Assembly: GCF_006345805.1 (NCBI RefSeq)
Contig: NC_043012.1
Location: 11,780,001-11,844,000, forward strand
Source of the DNA: Octopus sinensis
Lineage: Eukaryota
Direction of reading: 5' to 3'
DNA: 64,000 nucleotides
Of the stretch, positions 50,661 through 63,895 are shown piece by piece. The notes beneath the pieces are model-generated. The model did no database searches and was not told where the DNA came from. It saw only the letters and a list, made by a program, of their open reading frames with translations. The stretch's first letter is position 1. The number at the start of each line of letters is the position of its first letter. A program made the translations under genes and the position numbers.

Positions 50661-51214
50661 ATATATATATCAAGTGGAGATATATCTATTATAACTGCAG
50701 TGATTAATCAAATAAGAAATACCGACCACATAAACCGATTATGAACAGGATAATTAATGTATTTATCTGTCAGACAAATTACGTATTTATCTATTACACA
50801 GGAATAAACTGCTAATGACAAATAAATTAGAAACAGAAGTATTTGGCTACCTCTGAACAGTGAGGAAGATATTAATCACCTCCTGATTAACTATTCAAAA
50901 ATTGTCTGGAGAGTATTATGTACTAAATGATTTCTTTGTAGGAACCAAAGAAAAATGCAGTGCTTTGTTATTATTTAAAAAAAACCCTTCCTGTAGCTGA
51001 GTTCGAATCTGAAATAAAACTTTATTATCTTACCCTCATTGGATTACTATTTTTTAAATTTTTATGTTGGCCTCGATCAAAGTAACCAGTGACCAAGAGC
51101 TTATTTTTGGATAAGTTCATGATTCTATGTGTCTCATCCATTTTGTTAAGGGACTAGAGTATGGTTCAGAGGAAATTAGGCTACTATTTCTGACATATCG
51201 AACCACTATACAAT

Positions 51215-51266
<52 letters not shown>

Positions 51267-52599
51267 TCCTTCTTTCTTTCTAATTTTGGTACTAGGCCAG
51301 CAACTTTAGAGGAAGGAGCAAGACGAATGCATGGATTCCAGAACTTGACAGGCATTTTATTTTATAGACACCAAAACGTTAAGAGGCAAAGTCAGGCTCG
51401 GCAATCTTTGGACTCAGAACATAAAGCCAAAAGAAGTGCTACCAACAATTTTGTTGTAACACAATATTAATTGATAAATCTGTAGCTATGTTGTGTAGTA
51501 CATTATAGTAATGGAACTGCAGCAGCAGTTTTAGTATTAGTATTAGTAGTAGTTGCAGCAGCAGCAAACAGAATCCGAAAGATCATATATAATGATTTCT
51601 TTGCAAGTGAGATACGGTTTTAAACTCCGATTTCAATTCCCAACCAGAGTGCCATTTTCTTCATGTACGTCATCAACAACAGCACGAACGCTCCGTTATC
51701 CAAATTTCATAACCTACACCGAACCAATTACATTTAATTACCTCATTGATAGGTACCGATAATTGATGCATAATCAAATATTTGATCTCAGTATGTCCCA
51801 GTAGATCAAATTACTTTGAGACGAAAAGCGTTCAATAATGGCTACAATCTTTGTTTTATGTTATTTATTTAGAATGGTCAGTGAGAATTCTTTTTTGATC
51901 TTTTATCTAAAACGTGTGACAGTAATTGGAATTGGTCATGCTGGAGCAGAACATTGATGGGTTTAAGTCGAACAAATCGTCCACAGTACTTATGATGTTT
52001 CTTTTTTTTTATTATAAATTCTGGTACTTATTCCGACGGGTTGTTGCCGAACTTCTAAGTTACGAGGTTGTAAACAAACACATACTGATTGTCAAACAGT
52101 GGTGTGGAAAACAAACAGAAATACACACACATACACACACACACATACACACATATATAGTCAAATCAAATAAACGAACATTAAAATTAGAAATAACAAA
52201 CAAGAAGAGGACGTGCACAATGAATGTATGAGTTTGACGTTCAGTAAAAATAGAGAACTTTTGACATTTCGAACATAGCTCTTTGTCGGAAAAGAAAAGG
52301 AAGAAAGACCAAACAAGAAAAAAACAACGCCGATAGCCCGTCTGGGACAGGAGAGTGCGAAGATGGCCAGTGTGTGTGTAGTAGTAGTACCTGTATGCTT
52401 TTGCGTTTGTGCTTATGTGAGTGATGTACGTATGAGGGTGTAAAGTCTAAGAGTAAGTTAGTGTTTGGTGTTCAGTTCGGTCGAGTCGAGATAGGTGAAA
52501 GACGATGGGTGTGTGCGTGTCTATGTGTAAATATGTATGAGTGCGTGTGTGTGTGTGTGTGTGTGTTGTGTGTGTGTGTGTGTGTGTGTGTGCAAATGA

Positions 52600-52633
<34 letters not shown>

Positions 52634-52750
52634 GTTGGGTATGGTAGATGAGTTCAGCAAAAATTTAGATTCAGATGACTATGGTACTTAAGTTGAAGCA
52701 CCAGAATTTAGTACGTATTATCCATACAATTTAAAAGTAAGTTGATTAAA

Positions 52751-52931
52751 ATCAAAATAAGCAACAAGGATATCCAGAGGTAATGCAGTACGATCGTTTT
52801 ATGCAACTCCATTTAATTGAACAACGTAATCATTACATCAATTCAAAATGCAGAGCAATCTTCAGTTGCATGGAGTTGCATGAAACGATCGTACTGCATT
52901 ACTTCTGGATATCCTTGTTGCTTATTTTGAT
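52751..52931. repeat. 62-bp inverted repeat with 57-bp spacer
   Basis: 52751-52812 vs 52870-52931; only 2 mismatches, both G-U on the plus strand. Confidence 0.9.
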
Positions 52932-53060
52932 ATATATATAAGATGGCGGTGGAAATAGTACAGAATTAAGTCTAAGACATTTCAGTTTAAGAAGGAATTT
53001 AATAAAAATGTTATATATAATAGAAGTTTAGAATAAAATAGAATAAAAAGATATATAAAT

Positions 53061-53285
53061 AGCAGTGAGCTGGCAGAAACGTTAGCACACCGGGCGAAAT
53101 GCTTAGCAATATTTCGTCTGCCGTTACGTTCTGAGCTCAAATTCCGCTGAGATCGACGTTGCCTTTCATCCTCTCGATAAATTAAGTACCAGTTACGTAT
53201 TGGGGTCGATGTAATCGACTTAATCCATTTGTCTGTCTTTGTTTGTCCCCTCTATGTTTAGCCCCTTATGGGCAATAAAGAAATA
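53061..53285 (+). mobile_element. SINE family A1, full length
   Basis: GAGCTGGCAGAAACGTTAGCAC...TTTAGCCCCTTATGGGCAATAAAGAAATA. Confidence 0.88.
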
Positions 53286-54099
53286 TATATTAATATTACC
53301 GGTTTCGATGTATTTCATCTTATCAAATATTACGACAGGCTTCTTTCAATCTTAAAGTATGTATGTATGTATGTATATATATATGTATGCATAATAACAC
53401 GAATATATATATTTGTATATGCACACAAACACACACAAATACGCATATACATACATATATATAGGCACAGAGGAAAGTTTGCTTGGTCAGTGTCGACATG
53501 GGATTAAACCGTAACAAGACCACCAACAACAACAACGATAATAATAACAATAACCGCTGTAACCAAATTTAGCGGAAAGCCCCGAGCAGCGTTTTCAAAG
53601 TAAAGTCGACCGACCCTGTTAGCAACAAGATTTTGCAAGTAAATAACTGACAACACAAACCACAACTGACTGATTCCATATCGATCTTAAGCACTAACCG
53701 AATTATAGCACCTGTCTGCTAGTCTCCATCAACGTGCTATTTTCTACTGCCAGACTACTAAGCTTCCACGCTACCACATTGTCAATCTGTTGCTTCACAG
53801 GCATAGAAGTAAACAAGTGTACACACACACTCACATACACACAAACACACACGCTCACATACATACGAATACACACAGGCACACACATTCACATATGTAG
53901 GTACACCATTACATTTCCAATATTTTCTTTTATACATACATACAAACGTTCATATACACATGCGTACACTCAAACGCGCGCGCACATATATAGGTATGTA
54001 TATATATTTATAATAACATTTGTATGTGTGTGCGAGTTGATACATATTATGTAGGTATGTATGACTGTGACTTTATATTCACATACGGACACATACACT

Positions 54100-54290
54100 C
54101 ACATATGTATATGTGGATATATGTATATATATATGTGTGTATGTATGTATATATATATATATGTATAATATATATATATTATATATATATATAATTATCT
54201 GTATATATAAATATGTGTATATATATATGTGTATATATATATATGTATGTATGTATATCTATATATATATATATATGTATACATGCACAC

Positions 54291-54371
<81 letters not shown>

Positions 54372-55043
54372 AAACACACGCATACATATTTCCGGCAACA
54401 GGCCTTTTATTCCTCCCCCTCTCTCTCTTTCACACACACTTTCATACACACACACACAGACACACGCATACAGACGAAGAGAAAACGGGAGATGTTATAC
54501 TTAGATATAAAAAGCTTATTATAAATCGCATAGACATATTTAGTGAGGTAGTATGTGGTGGGGGGAGGGTTATAATCGAGTTTGTTTATTCTTTTCATTA
54601 CTAAATATAACTAGTTTTCTTTGAAGGCCCCAAGTTTCCGATAGAGAATCTATTAGAATTAGAATGGAAACAAGAATCGGTAATATTTATGCCTACCTGA
54701 CGGATATCATATATAATAAACATGAATAAAGGAGTCTATAGTAACGTTACACTCAGTTGTTTAGTAAACGTTAACTGTGAATCTACCGAACCAGTTGTCA
54801 AATGCTATTTCATATACTTTACCTAATTTGCATATTTTAATTTTTTTCTGCTAAGAATACAAATGCGTAGTTCAAATTCCGAAATATGTATCTTGTTCAA
54901 CGAACACCTACTTACCTACCTAGCTACCAATATAATTACTTACCTACCTCCCTGTCTACTTACATACATACGCGTGCGCACACACACATACATATATACA
55001 TACATGTATATACATATAAGTATGCATGTATATATATATATAT

Positions 55044-55084
<41 letters not shown>

Positions 55085-55269
55085 TCTGTATATATAAATA
55101 TGTGTATATATATATATGTAAGCATATATATATATGTATATGTATGTATGTATATATATATATATGTATATATATATATTTATTTATATATATGTAATAC
55201 ACATTATATATATACATATATTTATATGTGTAACACATATTATGTCTATATATATGAATATATATATAT

Positions 55270-55306
<37 letters not shown>

Positions 55307-55500
55307 AGCATATATATATATGTATATGTATGTATGTATACATATATGTATATATATATATATATTTATTTATATATATGTAATACACATTATATATATA
55401 CATATATTTATATGTGTAACACATATTATGTCTATATATATGAATATATATATACAAACATATATACATGTCCATACATGTGTATTTATATATGAATATA
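54100..55500. repeat. (TA)n/(CA)n arrays, including a ~120-bp internal tandem duplication near 55190-55450
   Basis: TTTATTTATATATATGTAATACACATTATATATATACATATATTTATATGTGTAACACATATTATGTCT occurs twice. Confidence 0.9.
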
Positions 55501-56400
55501 ACTTAGATTGGTCTCGGCCATTATCGGCCCAGGCCATAGCTAACTCAATAGCACCATCTGGAAAAGTCTTTTAGTTAATTACTTCTCGACACCATGGACC
55601 ACTCGAGCAGAAAGTTGTTATTGGTTGAGGCGCATCCAGGTGTAGGTGGTTTATCCGGTATTTCCTGGAGAAATTTGTCCAGGAACCGTTTGAAAGTTGT
55701 GGGGTCTTTTTCTAATTTAATTTCTTTTGGGATAACATTGAAAATTGCAGGACCATTTGCAGTGAAGAAATTGTGTCGCAATGTTCTTATGTGATGTGAT
55801 CTTGACCTTTGTAGGGGACACATTGCACGGGGGCCTAGTCTTGGGTGAATTGTAAACATAATGCCAATATCATTTGGATAATATTGGTGGAATATTTTCC
55901 ACATGTTGCAAATAATGTATTGCTCACGGCGGCGTTGCAGAGAATAGAGTTTCAGCTGTTTAAGTCGAGCCCAATAATCAAGTTCCATCGTGCCATTTAT
56001 TTATTTTTTTTGTGATTAATCTTCGTGGGGTTTCGATCCTCATTATGTCTTGTCTTTTGTAGGGGGACCACAATGGGCAGCAATATTCGAGGTGGGGCCT
56101 AGCGAATGCGGTGAAGAGAAGGATGATGGTTTCATGATCCCTAGATTGGAAAGTTCTGAGGATCCATGAGCACATTCTGCGGGCAACATCGACTTTTTTT
56201 GTTGATGTTCACACTCCAACTAAGGTTGCTGTCGACAGTTACACCTAAGTCTCTGATATTATCCGACGGTTCAAGTAGGTCTCGCGACGGTAGTGTATGT
56301 GGTTGTTTGAGTGTGCCCTGTCTTCCAAAGTGGATGAGCTCAAATTTTTCTTCGTTCAACTGCATATTGTTTTTGGTCTGTTTTTGCTGTTATTGTTATT
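55500..56400 (-). pseudogene. CR1/L2-group LINE, 5'-truncated RT C-terminal remnant
   Basis: Frameshifted ORFs: MQLNEEKFELIHFG..IRDLGVTVDSNLSW / WILRTFQSRD..LFTAFARPHLEYCCPLWSPY / LDYWARLKQLKLYSLQRRREQY..GPAIFNVIPKEI..FKRFLDKFLQEIPDKP. Confidence 0.9.
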
Positions 56401-56689
56401 GGTTTGTAGCTCTTGACGATGTTCTAGTTATATTTGTCAGACTCAACAGTCAGATGCTCACAGTGTATCCATAGACAGGGCTTGCCAACACTCAAGATCC
56501 CTCTGTCATGTGCAGTGGGAATACAATTAGCCAGGCTCTTGGGTCCAATCCCTTGTCTGAGGTCGTCAGTCCATAAACCTATTTGAAAAACTGCTTGCCC
56601 TTTTCCTCACTCCACATTCTCTGTCAGAATGGTTTTGGGCAATGATTCAAAGCGATATATATACCCTCCTTCTTTCCTTCTTCCCTTCT

Positions 56690-56960
56690 TTCCTGAGCGT
56701 CCAATAATACTTTATTTGTTCCACATCCTTGCGTTGTTGTCTTTTTGTTTTCTTGTTTGGATTAACTTTATATATATATACGTCTTTGTTTTTATGTTTT
56801 CGTCTCTCATTGTGTTTAAAATTTTTTGTTTTGATGTCCTGTACCCATATATGCATGTATATATACATATATATGTAGGAATGCACATATATTTATGTAT
56901 ATATGCACATATTTATATATTATTTATATTATTACATGATCGAACGCCACGCATCCTTTA
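56690..56960 (+). mobile_element. Interspersed repeat family F copy
   Basis: TTTTATGTTTTCGT.TCTCATTGTGTT...GTCCTGTACCCATATATGCATGTATATATACATA...GAACGCCACGCATC, shared with 2750-2870 and 48580-49085. Confidence 0.6.
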
Positions 56961-56974
56961 CCAAGTCAGTTTTC

Positions 56975-57005
<31 letters not shown>

Positions 57006-57580
57006 CTGTATTTTATAAAGACTCGCGCTCTTATAATTACCGTTGTAGTTGTGAAGTTTAAAGAATTGTCGTCTGTCTTTACAACCGCCGTTGTTTCGGA
57101 ACGGTCACTAGACATCGTTAATGTAATCATTGCGAACAGTTTGCCTTCTTCTTTAAGCATCTGTCAAGTATCAAGTAATTTGTTTTGACTGGTTCGCGTT
57201 TATTTATTTGCCGCTATTAGAAGGAAAATATAAAACACGACTCTTGTGTTTTTGTGTCTAATTTTCTGTGCGAGTGTGAGTATGCATGTGTGTGCGTGTT
57301 TGTTAGCACGTGTAAATGTGTGTTTGTGAGCACGTTTATGAACACGCATTCACGTGTGCATCGGTGTATGTATATGAATGTGTGTATATGTGTGTGTGTG
57401 GGGAGTTGTTGAATCGATTGAAGACTGTTAAATTAATAGCTGGCAGATGACAGATCGAAGAATGGCTCTCGTTCATTGATTTGTGAGTTTACAGGAAGTT
57501 CACTTGATGGGAGAATAGTAACAATAATACCAGTACTCTCTGTCATAATCGTAGGCATGTTATTATTATTATTATTATTA

Positions 57581-57668
<88 letters not shown>

Positions 57669-57670
57669 CT

Positions 57671-57885
57671 AAGGCAGCGAGCTGGTAGGAACGTCGGAAG
57701 AAATTCTTGTAGTATTTCTTCCGGCTCTGCACATTTTGAGTTCAAATTCTGCCCACGTGCACTTTGCCTTTCACCCGTTCAGGTTATATTAAATAAATAC
57801 CAGTTGATTACATTGACCACTAGGGTCAATTTAATCGACTATCCCCGGCTCCCAAAATATCAGGCCTTGTGCGTATAGCAGAAAA
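57671..57885 (+). mobile_element. SINE family A2
   Basis: AAGGCAGCGAGCTGG head after (TTA)n; CAGGCCTTGTGCGTATAGCAGAAA tail. Confidence 0.75.
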
Positions 57886-58107
57886 TATATTTTTTATTTA
57901 TCGTTAGCACGCCGGGCTTAATGCTAAGCAGTATTTCATTCATCTTTACGTTCTGATTTCAAATTCCACCGAGATCGCCTTTGCCTTTGATATTTTCGTG
58001 GTCGAAAAAATAAGTACCAACAAAGACCTTCAACAGTAGTAGCCCTAATGCGTTGTGAGTGATTTGGTAAAAAGAAACTGCGGGAAGTGCCAACGTATAT
58101 ACATACA

Positions 58108-58169
<62 letters not shown>

Positions 58170-59441
58170 ATTATTTGGACTCTGGGTACATGTTTAGCAT
58201 GTCGATTAAAGCACATTCATCGTTTGCGCTATCTCATATTATCCACACTTACGATATAATTTTAATTGGATCTACACCAGGAAATCCGCAGTATTTGTTG
58301 AGTTTGTCTTCTCTTTCCATCATCCATTATATATATGTGCGTGTGTATGTGCATGTGTGTGTGTGTGTGCGTGTGTGTTGTGAGTGTGTGTGTGTATCTT
58401 TGTGTGTGTTTGCTCCCGTTTGACATCTGGTATTGTCTTGCGTCTCCGTAACTTAGCGACTTGGCAAAAGAGGAGGATGCTGAGAGGTGTCTCCCTCTGT
58501 CGGACGCCAGGTCTTGTCCAGGTTAATGTTGATAATGCTTGAGTCACAAAACAATTAAGAAATATAAATATATAGAGGGCTTCGATCAGTTCCTCGGATA
58601 CGCGGACAGTCAACAGACTAAATGGTCTCCAACAAAATGAGACAACCATATAGAAGTCTATAAATATTCGCTGAAATACTCCTATGAAGTGAGGAGTTTT
58701 GCATGGATCAGATTAGCATATGAAATGCTTAGCGAACTCAGAAGCCAAGCTCCTTGGTTTGCCTGAATATACTGAAATCTATGTATTCTCTATTCAGCAT
58801 TTCACTAATGAGGTTTACTTGCATAAATACATGTAGTGTGGCTTGGACACAAAATCAATCGCTAAACGACCTCAGGTAACAGATTTATAAGTGATAAATG
58901 CTATTGATGGTACTGGGTTTCCGACACGTTCGCTCTTGCGCTCTTTGTCGATCACTACGATGTGTACGCATTATTCCGTCGGTTTCAATCGGAGGCAGTA
59001 TGGCAGTGTTGTTACGACAAGGCCTCAATACCAAAGCAAAGACGGTTTTCTTGAATCCCTGGTGGTAAGTTGGTTGTCCTGGAAAGGAACAAGGTTGAAA
59101 TCACAAGAAATCACTGCCACACGAACTGAGTCCCTCATGTACTTTAGGCAATAATTAAATTAGATCGACAGACATATCCTTTGCTGCATTGTATAACACA
59201 TATAGTTCGTCTCTGTCACTTCTTTTCTATAACACAACTCCTCTACAAACTCTATTTCAGGTTTCCGTTTCATTAAGAGAATGAGAGACTCATTAACTAG
59301 GACTTCAGTCTCGGGAGTATCCTGACACTAAATAAACGACCAAGTCACTCGTCAAGTATATAATATTACCACCGTTTTCAGCAGTGAATCACTTAGACTT
59401 AAGTTGGCTTTGGCGTTGTGAATATATAATCATTTCTATTT

Positions 59442-59640
59442 AGGCGACGAACTGGCAAAATCGTTGACATACCGGGCATAAAATGCTTAGCGGCATTTTT
59501 TCCGTCGGCGATGTCGACTTTGCCTTTCATCCTTCAGGGGTCAATAAAATAAGTGCCAGTTGGACATTAGGGTCAATGTTTATCGATTTATCCCCTACCC
59601 TGAAATGTGTTGGCCTTGTGCCAAAATTTGAAACTAATAA
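59442..59640 (+). mobile_element. SINE family A2 with internal deletion
   Basis: AGGCGACGAACTGGCAAAATCG...GTCGACTTTGCCTTTCATCCTTCAGGGGTCAATAAAATAAGTGCCAG. Confidence 0.8.
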
Positions 59641-61035
59641 TCATTTCTATTTCTTTTCTCCTCTCTTCTTGCTCCTCTGATTCTCTGCCTTCTCTCCTGT
59701 CTCTATCCTTCATCTCTTTATCTTCCTTACTATCCACTCCTCTGTATCTCATCCATTAATTATAATAAATACAAATAAAATACTTAAATCAGGCAGGATG
59801 CCAATCAGGCTTGGATTTTGTTTTTGATCTTGTTTTGTTTTTATTTTTAGCTTTTCCCCCCTTTTCATGACGCTAATGGTACGGTACGCCATTATCATCA
59901 TTTTATGGACGCATATCTGAGCAAGAAGCTTTTCAATCATGACCTGCAGCATTGCTTGCAAAGTTATTTTAATCTTCAACAATATTCATTATTTCCAAAC
60001 TCTTCAGCTTAAAATAACAATGAAGCCAGCTAACTAACAGACCATTATTTTGTTTCATTAACGCAAGAAATTAAAAATAAGATCTCATTAAAATATATTT
60101 TACAATCTCGAGGTTCGTGTTATGACATACATTGTTTTCCTTCATTTTTATGGATGGTGAAAATGAATTGATTCAAATTGTTTACGATTTAAAAACATGA
60201 AAACTTCCAAAAACATGAAAAGAATTTTTTAATGTTTTCTTGTTAATCAAAATACTCTATCTTTAAATTTTAATTTCGTAATAAATTTATGTAGTTCTTT
60301 TTGGGGAGGTGGCACTGGATCTCGAAGCAAATAAAGCCATGAATAACAGCTGTGTAAAAATTGGGTTGAAAAACCTTTGAATAAAATAAGCCGAAGGGTT
60401 CTTGTAGGACCAGAACCCAGATTTACTGGGCGCATGTCAAGAACTCGACTGTTGGTCCGATGAAACCTTCGAAAACTTCTCTCCATTTTAGAAAATTTAT
60501 TCTTACCAGCGAGAACTGTATGTTTTTGATGCTATAAGTATTCAAGAGAACAAGCTTCAAGAGAACATAAAATAATTCAGTGGAATCTCGAAGCAAATAA
60601 TGCTATAAACAATAGCAGGTAAATTTTCGTTTAAAATTTACTTTGGATATTCCAAAAAACTTGATGTACGATAAATTCAATAAACAGTTGAAGAAAATGC
60701 TCTGCAATTTTTCCTTTCGTCTGTTTTCGTTCTGATTGTGAATCTTGCCATGGTCAAATTTAGCTTTCATACATCCGGGGTTGATAATGTAAACATCATT
60801 CTGAGACTGGTCGATCTTCATTGACTACAAATATCACCGCCAAAAAACAAATATGGATGACCTGTGCTCCTGTTTAAAGTGAATATAATGAATAATAGAA
60901 ATCAATATTTAATACCACACCGGACAAAATGTTTTGTGGCTTGCGTCGATTTGTTCGACCAAAAAGAAATCCACATTAAGGCGGTGCTCTAGCATAACCA
61001 TAGTCAAACGTCTCAAACAACTTAACGGTATATAT

Positions 61036-61430
61036 ACTCTTTTACTCTTTTACTTGTTTCAGTCATTTGACTGCGGTCATGCTGGAGCACAGCCTTTAGT
61101 CGAGCAAATCGACCCCAGGACATATTCTTTGTAAGCCTAGTACTTATTCTATTGATCTCTTTTACCGAACCGCTGTGTTACGGGGATGTAAACACACCAG
61201 CATCGGTTGTCAAGCGATGTTGAGGGGACAAACACAGACACACAAACATACAAACATGCATATATATGCATATATACAACGGGCTTCTTTCAGTTTCCGT
61301 CTACCAAAGCCACTCACAAGGCTTTGGTTGGCCCCAGAAGACACTTGCCCAAGGTGCCACGCAGTGCGAATGAACCCGGAACCATGTGGTTGATAAGCAA
61401 GCTACTTACCACACAGCCACTCCTGCGCCT
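61036..61430 (-). mobile_element. SINE family B, full length, short internal microsatellite
   Basis: TACTCTTTTACTCTTTTACTTG ... CTTACCACACAGCCACTCCTGCGCC. Confidence 0.92.
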
Positions 61431-62221
61431 TTTTTCTTTTTTTTTTCTATGGAAATACATTTTGTATTCCTTTATTGCTTCACTGACGATGATAGAAATA
61501 TACATGAATATGATTGTATGCATGTAAACGTGTATATGTATTTGCATATATTTGGGTATGTGCATGGGTGTTGTGTCACTGTATGCGTGTGTTTATATGA
61601 CAGAGGAAAAGAGAGAGAGTGTGTGTAGGTTTCTATAAACTAAGTATTTTGTACACGGGCAAAATAAAATAGGCGAAACATCACTAAGTTACCTGATGTC
61701 AAATGTAACTGATGATTCTCGTTAGCAGACGTCACGTGTCTGTTTTTATAACCATTCAAGATGAATCAACCAGCAATATATCGTTGTTTATGATGACAGG
61801 TTGGATCCTATTAGCAGAAAATGGAAGAATTTCCAGCGTTAATGGCGGGTTTGTTCATAATTTTGATTCATTTTCGTCGCTCTCGCTGTCTTAATGAACT
61901 TCGTATGTATGTATGTATGTATGTATGTATGTATGTATGTATGTATGTATGTATGTATGTATGTATGTATATGTATGTATGTATGCATGTCTGTCTGTCT
62001 GTATGTATGTATGTATGTATGTATGTATGTATGTATGCATGTATGTAAGTATGGATGGATGGGTGGATGGATGGATGACTGTATTGTAAGTGTGCAGACG
62101 TATTATATCATGTGCGTATAACTAGATATACAACTGCTATTGTTGAGCTTAGAATTTCACGTAGATTATCATAATCCTTCCTGCTAGCTAGTCTGTCTGT
62201 CTGTCTGTTTATCTACCTGCA

Positions 62222-62255
<34 letters not shown>

Positions 62256-62671
62256 GCTAGCTAGATAGATAGATAGACAGATATGCAGGTAGATAGACAG
62301 ACAGACAGAAAGACAGACAGATAGATTGATAGATATAAATGTATACTTTATACTATATATTTATGCTTGGAGTGTGTGGTGTAGACAAACGTACACACAC
62401 ACGCACACACATATAGGATGAACTCTCCCATAGGTTCGGACGTATAAGGATCCGGCAACCCGCATTTTCTTTGTCAGTTATAAAACTCATGTCGAATGTG
62501 ACATTTGAGTACCGCAAATAAATTGCAAAGAAGCCAGCTGGTGTTGCGAGTACGAGAATTACCGGTCAGTACCGGCGGTATATTTGTAACCGCTTTTCTC
62601 TTTTGCCTTATACCCCTAAAACACATTCTTCATCCTAAAAATACGTACTACATCCACGAAAGGGTAATATA

Positions 62672-63312
62672 TATCCTCCCAAAAGGATTATAGTTGCAGA
62701 TTATGTTGATGATTTAGTCCTTCTTTCTGATCTAATAAGCCAAGCAGAAAACCTATTCCATAGTGTTGAACACTTCTCCAATATCCTTGGGTCCGCCAAA
62801 GCCTTGTCAGTGGCTTTGGTAGATGGAAACTGAAGGCCGTTGTAGATAAATGTGTGTGCGTTATTGGTCTTCATTTCAACTCGGTCAAAACAGAATACTT
62901 AAGCTTAAATCAAAATAGATCAGTCAAAACCGTTTCTGGCACATCTCTCAACTGTGCGGTAGAATATACTTTTCTTATTTCTTTATTGCCCACAAGGGGC
63001 TAAACATAGAAAGGACAAACAAGAACAGAGAAGGAGAATAAGTGCGTAACTGGTACTTAATTTATCGACCCCGAAAAGATGAAAGGCAAAGTCGACCTCG
63101 GCGGAATTTGAACTTAGAACGTAACACCGCTGAGTATTTCGCCTGTCGTGCTAACTTTTCTGCCAGCAAAATCTCTAGTTGCGGAAGCGATACAAACATC
63201 TGCATTGGTAAGTCCCGGAGTGCCATCGACAAGTTACCTCTACTGTGAAAATCTAGACTTCTAGACAACACGAATAGGAGCCTCTTACATGCAACTGTTG
63301 CCTCTATTGCTG
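62672..63312 (+). pseudogene. RTE-clade LINE reverse transcriptase remnant split by two SINE insertions
   Basis: Three co-linear pieces: YPPKRIIVADYVDDLVLLSDLISQAENLFHSVEHFSNILG (62672-62791), IGLHFNSVKTEYLSLNQNRSVKTVSGTSLNCAVEYTFL (~62865-62975), SKISSCGSDTNICIGKSRSAIDKLPLL*KSRLLDNTNRSLLHATVASI (~63168-63310). These correspond to RT motifs 5-7 and the thumb. Confidence 0.85.
62976..63168 (-). mobile_element. SINE family A1 (deleted) inserted in the RTE remnant
   Basis: TATTTCTTTATTGCCCACAAGGGGC...GTCGACCTCGGCGGAATTTGAAC...TTCTGCCAGC. Confidence 0.85.
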
Positions 63313-63325
63313 CTCAGCGTGGATA

Positions 63326-63387
<62 letters not shown>

Positions 63388-63515
63388 ATGTGTGTATGTG
63401 TGTATGTGTGTGTATGTGTGTGTAGATGGATGGATGAATGAATGGATTGGTGGATCGATTGATCGACATATGAAATAGTAATAAAGTTAATCAGAAGAAA
63501 TTACTCATATAGAGA

Positions 63516-63895
63516 TTGCTTACAAACTACATGGTTCTGGGTTCAGTCCCACTGCCTGGCACCTTGGACAAGTTGTCTTCTACTATAGCCTCTGGCCAAC
63601 CAAAGCCTTGTGAGTGGTTTTGGTAGACGGAAACTGAAAGAAGCCTGTCGTATATATGTATATATATATGTATGTGTGTGTATATGTTTGTGTGTCCGTG
63701 CTTGTCCCCCCCCCAACATCGCTTGACAACCGATGCTGGTGTGTTTACATCCTCGTAACTTAGCGATACGGGAAAAGAGCTCGATAGAATAAGTACAAGG
63801 CTTACAAAGAATAAGTCCTGGTGTCGATTTGCTCGACTAAAGGCGATGCTCCAGCATGGCCACAGTCAAATGACTGAAACATGTAAAAGAGTAAA
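63516..63895 (+). mobile_element. SINE family B, near full length
   Basis: GGTTCAGTCCCACTGCCTGGCACCTTGGACAAG ... ATGACTGAAACATGTAAAAGAGTAAAA. Confidence 0.9.

Noticed and set aside
59749-59982. ORF superficially resembling a GPCR TM5-TM6 segment
   Set aside because: No conserved GPCR motifs, no adjoining exons found, and composition typical of AT-rich non-coding DNA.
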